A DNA stretch of 64,000 nucleotides from Arenicellales bacterium (GTDB lineage Bacteria > Pseudomonadota > Gammaproteobacteria > Arenicellales > JAJDZL01). The translations under genes and the position numbers were made by a program. The notes beneath the pieces were generated by a model. That model worked only from the letters and a program-made list of their open reading frames with translations, was not told the DNA's origin and made no database searches. Where the stretch lies: NCBI GenBank assembly GCA_965206345.1, contig OZ242211.1, positions 1,692,586-1,756,585 on the forward strand, given 5' to 3'. Of the stretch, positions 58,649-64,000 are shown piece after piece (position 1 is the stretch's first letter; every line of letters starts with the position of its first letter).

Positions 58649-59797
58649 ATGACAAAACTTCTAAAGTCCCTATCACTGGCAGTGTTAATGGCACTCAGCT
58701 TGCCATTCGCTGCATTCGCTGATTCGATCAAAATCGGATTCAATGCACCACTCACGGGTTTCGCTGCTGCTGACGGCAACTCCGCTCGAGTTGGTGCAGA
58801 ACTCGCCGTGGAACAGGTTAACTCGGCTGGTGGTATCGGCGGTAAGCAGATTGAGTTGGTCATTTATGACGATCAGGCATCTCCCAAGGAGTCCGCGCCC
58901 CTGGCGGTCAAGTTGATTACCCAGGACAACGTCGCTGCTGGCATATCAGGCAGCTATTCCGGTGCGACACGCGCGGCTGCCACAATCTACCAGGAAAACA
59001 GTGTGCCCTACATTTCCGCGTACGCCGTACATCCGGATATCACCCGAGCCGGTGACTATGTGTTTAGAACCTCCTTTGTAGGTGAAGTGCAGGGTCGCGC
59101 GGGAGCCAAGCTGATCGGTGAAATGATGGGCCACAAGCGAGTGGTCATGATCACGCTCAACAACGACTTTGGCAAGTCGCTCGCCAACGGTTTTAAGGAA
59201 AAGGCAGCCGACTTCGGCATAGAAATTGCCAATGAGTACGAATACTCAATTAAAGACCGTGAGTTTGGCGCCATCGTTTCAAAAACGAAAAGCGATGAAC
59301 CCGATGCGATCTATGCGTCCGGTTACTTTTTCACTGCGGGTCCATTAGTCCGCCAATTACGGGCAGCAGGAATTAGCGTGCCAGTCATTGGACAGGAAGG
59401 TTATGACAGCCAGAAATTCATCGAAATTGCCGGGCCAGATGCGGAAGGCGTGATAATTACCACATCACTCGACCGTGACTCTGCTGACGCTGTAACTCAG
59501 GATTTCATCAGTGGTTTTGAAGCTAAGGCCGGTTACCCCTCAGACATGGTTGCAGCATCAGCACACACAGCAGTACTGGTGATGGCTGATGCACTGGCAC
59601 GAGCGGCAGATGATTCTGCTGCTGCACTTCGCGAAGCCATCGCTGGTGCAAGTGTTATGGCATCAACGGGTCAAATTTCGTTCAATGCGCTTGGCGAAGT
59701 ACAAAAAGACGTCCAGATTCAAGTTGTCAAAGACGGAAACTGGCGTCACTATGCTGTGATATCAGACACGGAATTGCTGGCGCCGCCGGCTGAGTAA
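58649..59797 (+). CDS. LIV-family ABC transporter substrate-binding protein
   Basis: Signal peptide, IKIGFNAPLTG, NSAGGIGGKQIELVIYDD; strong RBS. Confidence 0.92.
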   Translation: MTKLLKSLSLAVLMALSLPFAAFADSIKIGFNAPLTGFAAADGNSARVGAELAVEQVNSAGGIGGKQIELVIYDDQASPKESAPLAVKLITQDNVAAGISGSYSGATRAAATIYQENSVPYISAYAVHPDITRAGDYVFRTSFVGEVQGRAGAKLIGEMMGHKRVVMITLNNDFGKSLANGFKEKAADFGIEIANEYEYSIKDREFGAIVSKTKSDEPDAIYASGYFFTAGPLVRQLRAAGISVPVIGQEGYDSQKFIEIAGPDAEGVIITTSLDRDSADAVTQDFISGFEAKAGYPSDMVAASAHTAVLVMADALARAADDSAAALREAIAGASVMASTGQISFNALGEVQKDVQIQVVKDGNWRHYAVISDTELLAPPAE

Positions 59798-59822
59798 TAG
59801 AGCCAATTCGATAACACTAGAA

Positions 59823-59856
59823 GCCTTGGCCTGACTGAATTGAGTCAGGCTGAGGC
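59823..59856 (+). other. Intercistronic stem-loop after the SBP gene
   Basis: GCCTTGGCCTGACT-GAATTG-AGTCAGGCTGAGGC with no U-tract; typical mRNA-stabilising hairpin. Confidence 0.6.
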
Positions 59857-59864
59857 ACTATTCT

Positions 59865-60728
59865 ATGCTTGCAATCGAACTCGTTATCCAAGGCATTGTG
59901 CAAGGTGCAATCTATGCGCTGATCGCACTGGGCCTGGTGCTGGTTTATGGATTGCTACGTATTCTGCATGTCGCGCACGCGGCACTGTATACACTGGGTG
60001 CCTATATTGGTGTCATCATCGTCAACCAAGGCGGACATATCGTTGTCGCTACCGCCGTCTCAATGGTGGCAGTAGGCTTTGTTGGCGTTGGGATTTACCG
60101 CTTTGCGTACAAACCCCTTCTTAACAAGCCACCGCTCATCGCGCTGATCGCCTCGATTGGCCTGTTTATCGCAGCGGAAGAAATTTACCGAATCATCTTT
60201 GGCGCCTATGGCATGTCTTTCGTGCAGCCACCGCTACAGCAACAGATTGAACTGTTCAAAGGATTCCACCTATCGACAGCTCGTATCTCGGTTGTCATTC
60301 TTTCGATTCTCTTTATCGGCGTACTGGGCTGGCTTGCAGCGTCAACCCGAACAGGTATTGCCTGGCGCGCGACGGTTTCAGACGCTGGTATGGCTGCGAG
60401 TTTTGGCGTAAATATCGAAAAAGTGCGTTACATCAATTTTTTTATCGGCTCTGCCCTAGCTGCCTTGGCAGGTGTGATGGTCGCACTGCTGAACAATCTC
60501 GTTGAACCCACAATGGGGGCCGTGCCAGCTTACAAGGCACTGGCCATCATCGTTCTCGGTGGACTGGGATCGGTACGCGGCACACTGGTGGCTTCCATTG
60601 CGCTTGGCATCATTGAGAGTTTTGGGACAATTTACCTGGGACACGTCATGGATCGGGATGCAATCGCGTTCACTTTTCTGATCATCGTGTTGATGATTCG
60701 CCCACAAGGCCTTTTGACTCGGAGGTAA
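59865..60728 (+). CDS. LIV-family ABC permease (LivH-like)
   Basis: YALIALGLVLVYG..ILHVAH, IIVLGGLGSVRG and IRPQGLL. Confidence 0.92.
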   Translation: MLAIELVIQGIVQGAIYALIALGLVLVYGLLRILHVAHAALYTLGAYIGVIIVNQGGHIVVATAVSMVAVGFVGVGIYRFAYKPLLNKPPLIALIASIGLFIAAEEIYRIIFGAYGMSFVQPPLQQQIELFKGFHLSTARISVVILSILFIGVLGWLAASTRTGIAWRATVSDAGMAASFGVNIEKVRYINFFIGSALAALAGVMVALLNNLVEPTMGAVPAYKALAIIVLGGLGSVRGTLVASIALGIIESFGTIYLGHVMDRDAIAFTFLIIVLMIRPQGLLTRR

Positions 60729-60731
60729 TCA

Positions 60732-61577
60732 GTGAGCTACGAGATTGCAGTACTGACCAGCATGTCAATTGCTATTTTGTTCGCGCTGTCACTCAACCTC
60801 GTTACCGGGTTTTGTGGGCAGGTAAGCCTGGGACATGCGGCGTTCTATGGCATCGGTGCATATGTCGCCGCCATGTTGACCAAAGCAGGCTTGGCATTGC
60901 CCATTGCACTGATTCCGGCTGCCGTCATGGCAGGCTTGGTGGGCGTATTGGTCGGAATTGCGTCGCTGCGTGTTCGGCATGATTTTTTGGCCATCACCAC
61001 CATGGGAGTCGGATTTCTGTTCGTGGGTATAGTTCGTAAACAGGACGCACTCGGTGGGGAAATTGGTATCTCGGGAATTCCTTCTGTGGCCTTCGGTCGT
61101 CCCGGACTCTTGCTACTCGCTCTGGTTTGTATGGTGCTGTTTATTCTGCTTTCGATCTATATTCGGCGCTCATGGTTGGGCTTTGCATTTGAATCGATTT
61201 CTGACGATGAGGATACTGCACGGACTTTCGGTATTGACGTTTCCAAATTTAAACTACTTGCCTTTGTAGTCGGAACGGCGGGTGCCGGAATTGCCGGTGG
61301 CCTTTACGCACATCACATTCGTTTCATCGGTCCGGACAGTTTCGGTTTCGTTGAATCGATTACCGTCCTCGCGATGGTTATTGTCGGAGGTATCGGGTCA
61401 ATTGCGGGAGTAGCCGTAGCGGCGGCGGTATTGTCAACCCTGCCCCTATGGCTGCAATTTGTTGACGACTATAAACTGCTGATCTATGGATCACTCATTT
61501 TTGTTACCATGCGCTTTGCACCGACTGGCATCGCAGGTATTGTCCGTACCTTGTTGCAAAAACGCCAGGCAAAATGA
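60732..61577 (+). CDS. LIV-family ABC permease (LivM-like)
   Basis: SLNLVTGFCGQVSLGHAAFYGIGAY and MVIVGGIGS. Confidence 0.92.
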   Translation: MSYEIAVLTSMSIAILFALSLNLVTGFCGQVSLGHAAFYGIGAYVAAMLTKAGLALPIALIPAAVMAGLVGVLVGIASLRVRHDFLAITTMGVGFLFVGIVRKQDALGGEIGISGIPSVAFGRPGLLLLALVCMVLFILLSIYIRRSWLGFAFESISDDEDTARTFGIDVSKFKLLAFVVGTAGAGIAGGLYAHHIRFIGPDSFGFVESITVLAMVIVGGIGSIAGVAVAAAVLSTLPLWLQFVDDYKLLIYGSLIFVTMRFAPTGIAGIVRTLLQKRQAK

Positions 61578-62323
61578 GTTTACTGAAAGTTCAGAATGTG
61601 AGTATCCGATTCGGTGGAGTTGACGCGGTGCGCGATGTGTCATTGGCTGTCGAAGAGCAGCAACTACTTGGCTTTATCGGTCCCAACGGAGCAGGGAAGA
61701 CCACGATGATGCGTATTATTATGGGAATGGTACGACTGCAGCAGGGTTCAGTTGAATTCCGCGGCAAAGATATCACCCAGTGGAGTGTTCACCACCGTGT
61801 ACAACTCGGGCTCGCGCTGGCTCAACAAATCGTTAAACCGCTGCACTCACTCACATTGTTAGATAACGTTGCACTGGCAGCTGGTACCAGGTACATGCGA
61901 AATCCGTTGCAGGCTTTTTTGAATATTGATCGTTCCGAGGCGCGCAACCAGGCGCGTAAACTTCTTGATTTCGTCGGCATCGGTAATGCAAACGATGTCT
62001 TTCCAGGCGAAGTGCCGCTAGGATTTATCAAGCGAATGGAAGTGGCAAGAGCACTCGCTCTTGAACCTTGGCTGCTGCTTCTGGACGAACCGCTTGCTGG
62101 CCTCAATCAGACCGAAGCTCGCGATTTGGCTGATTTGATTGCATCTCTGGTAACGCCGGCGCGTAGCGTACTTCTGATTGAACACAACATCGGTGAAGTC
62201 GCTCGCATATGTTCGGAAATCTACGTCCAGGAAAATGGCCAGCGCTTGATGCAGGACACAGCTGAGCGTGTGATGGCAAGTGCTGCATTACGTCAAGCCT
62301 ACCTAGGTGAGCATAAAGCTTAA
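61574..62323 (+). CDS. LIV-family ABC ATPase (LivG-like)
   Basis: GPNGAGKTT, LLLDEPLAGL, LLIEH and AYLG. Confidence 0.92.
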   Translation: MSLLKVQNVSIRFGGVDAVRDVSLAVEEQQLLGFIGPNGAGKTTMMRIIMGMVRLQQGSVEFRGKDITQWSVHHRVQLGLALAQQIVKPLHSLTLLDNVALAAGTRYMRNPLQAFLNIDRSEARNQARKLLDFVGIGNANDVFPGEVPLGFIKRMEVARALALEPWLLLLDEPLAGLNQTEARDLADLIASLVTPARSVLLIEHNIGEVARICSEIYVQENGQRLMQDTAERVMASAALRQAYLGEHKA

Positions 62324-63027
62324 TGTTACGTGTATCCCAATTAAGTTGTGGCTATGGTAATGTGATTGCCGTCAATAAGTTGTCTTTTACAGTGAGGCCA
62401 GGTGAAATTTTTGGTTTGATCGGTGCTAATGGTGCAGGTAAATCTGCAACCATCCTGGCACTTGCAGGCTTGATTGACGTGATTAGTGGCCAGGTCGAAC
62501 TCGAAGGGCAGGATATTACGCATCTACCCACTCATCAGCGAGTCAACGCAGGCATTGCGCTGGTGCCCGAGGGCCGGCGTGTCTTCGCAGACCTGACTGT
62601 CATTGAAAACCTGATTGTCGGGGCAACCCGAATGGACAAACCACGCCTTGATGCAGGATGTGAACGCGTGTTTGCGACATTTCCACGACTTGCAGAGCGC
62701 CGCGAGCAACTTGCCGGATTGCTGTCTGGCGGTGAACAGCAAATGCTCGCAATTGCGCGTGCACTTATGGCAGAACCGAGTGTGCTTTTGATCGATGAAC
62801 TTTCCTTGGGCTTGATGCCCATTGTGGTCGACGAATGCTACCGAGTACTAGAAGCGCTCAGAAAGGAGCAATTGGCCATTGTGCTTGTTGAACAGAGTAC
62901 TGAACGGGTTCAGCAGGTTGCTAACCAGGTCAGTGTACTTGAAACAGGTCGGGTCGTTTGGCAGGGTACCGGGGAACAAGCAGCAAGGGACAGTTCGATT
63001 GTCGAGGCTTATCTGGGACTAAAGTAA
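62323..63027 (+). CDS. LIV-family ABC ATPase (LivF-like)
   Basis: GANGAGKS, VPEGRRVF, LSGGEQQMLAIAR and AYLG. Confidence 0.92.
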   Translation: MLRVSQLSCGYGNVIAVNKLSFTVRPGEIFGLIGANGAGKSATILALAGLIDVISGQVELEGQDITHLPTHQRVNAGIALVPEGRRVFADLTVIENLIVGATRMDKPRLDAGCERVFATFPRLAERREQLAGLLSGGEQQMLAIARALMAEPSVLLIDELSLGLMPIVVDECYRVLEALRKEQLAIVLVEQSTERVQQVANQVSVLETGRVVWQGTGEQAARDSSIVEAYLGLK

Positions 63028-63223
63028 AGATCGTATCTTTTGTTTCATCGACTAAACAAAGCGTTAAGGGGTGTTAGGCGGAAATAGACTCAATAAACGT
63101 TTGATGATGAATGAAAGAGGTACACAATTCTCTACCGCAATATTCTGGAGCAGTGTGAACATGATTTCGACCGAGTTCTCCAACCCCACTGAAAGGCGTT
63201 GGTGAATATGAGGAGAAACCGCC

Positions 63224-64000
63224 CTACAGCGATGCGTTGATTCCTGCCTGCCGTCCAAACACCGCCCCGGACATCAGCCCGGTACCGCCGGGATAATTGA
63301 AATAGAAAAGTCCTCCCACAAGCTCCCCGGCAGCGTAGAGGCCAGGGATAAGGTCGTGGTCATCGCTGATGACTTGACTGGTGTGTGGATCAATCCTCAG
63401 CCCGCCAAACGTAAATGTGATTCCACAAGTCACGTGATACGCCTCAAATGGTCCATCGGATATCGTGTTTGCCCAGTTGGACTTCGGTATTTTTAGCTGT
63501 CGGGTGCTGCGGCCGTCCCTGATGTTGGGATTAAACGGTATATCCGTATTGACCGAATCGTTAAAGCGCTTCACCTCGGTCAGAAATCCCTGCTGGTCGA
63601 CACCGTCCATCTTCTGTGCAAGTTCATCTAATGTGGCGGCAGATACTTTGGATACACCCTTGATGCGGTATTCATCGCGCAGCAAATGAATCACCTTCTG
63701 GTCGAACACCTGCCAGGCAAACTGGTCAGGCTGCTTCAGTATGACTTGGCCGTACTCGGCGTACGTGTAATTACGAAAATCTTTTCCTTCATCGACAAAT
63801 CTACAGCCATTGGCATTGACCATGATGCCGAAAGGGTAAGAATGTTTTTGAAATCCGTCTCCGACATGCAGATCACCAAATTCAGGTGCGTTGTAATCCC
63901 AGCCCACCGCGTGACATCCCGACCAGTTTCCACAAAGAGAGGCGCCGACTTCTGCAGCCATTCGGATACCGTCGCCGGTATTGAAGGCAGTACCCCGAAC
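63224..64000 (-). CDS. tcuA: TcuA-like FAD-dependent dehydrogenase (5' end outside window)
   Basis: NTGDGIRMA...GNWSGCHAV.WD...SYPFGIMVN..G.RFVDEG.DFRNYTYA, ITFTFGGL and GLYAAGE...NYPGGTGL. Confidence 0.82.
   Translation of the reverse strand, partial: VRGTAFNTGDGIRMAAEVGASLCGNWSGCHAVGWDYNAPEFGDLHVGDGFQKHSYPFGIMVNANGCRFVDEGKDFRNYTYAEYGQVILKQPDQFAWQVFDQKVIHLLRDEYRIKGVSKVSAATLDELAQKMDGVDQQGFLTEVKRFNDSVNTDIPFNPNIRDGRSTRQLKIPKSNWANTISDGPFEAYHVTCGITFTFGGLRIDPHTSQVISDDHDLIPGLYAAGELVGGLFYFNYPGGTGLMSGAVFGRQAGINASL

Noticed and set aside
1-64000. CRISPR arrays, tRNA/rRNA genes, prophage or long tandem repeats
   Set aside because: None seen by eye in any intergenic region. Short or degenerate repeats could have been missed without computation.

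Overview
Gene-dense bacterial chromosomal window, most likely from a gammaproteobacterium (inferred from yicC-gmk, zapA-6S-ygfA and the ilvA/rpiA/glyA sequences). An ankyrin protein, an IS and several decayed genes hint at a host-associated lifestyle, but this is inference. From left to right it carries: a partial IS5 clipping a hypothetical gene; a glycosyltransferase and a Rieske ferredoxin; yicC-gmk; degP with a two-component system; a tetrahydromethanopterin (H4MPT)/formaldehyde cluster (citG-like, fae, pcbD, folK-folP fusion, DUF447, DHPS-like orf20, flavoprotein); bepA; an ankyrin gene; SCO/PCuAC; a stand-alone dsrEFHCMK module with no flanking dsrAB or dsrLJOP; rpiA; a NERD-helicase; a DsbD-like protein lacking its membrane cysteines; ilvA; a PPTase; EVE-ygfA-6S RNA-zapA; tupABC-mobAB; a GDPD; vapB with a truncated vapC; an FeS protein-MaoC-ADH trio; bolA; a TonB-dependent receptor; a candidate structured RNA before glyA-soxBDAG (sarcosine oxidase); metF; a methyltransferase; a hut locus lacking hutH with an internally deleted hutF and an adjacent LIV-type ABC transporter; and a partial tcuA-like gene. 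No rRNA, tRNA or CRISPR array was seen. All family calls come from motif recognition by eye, with no database searches.
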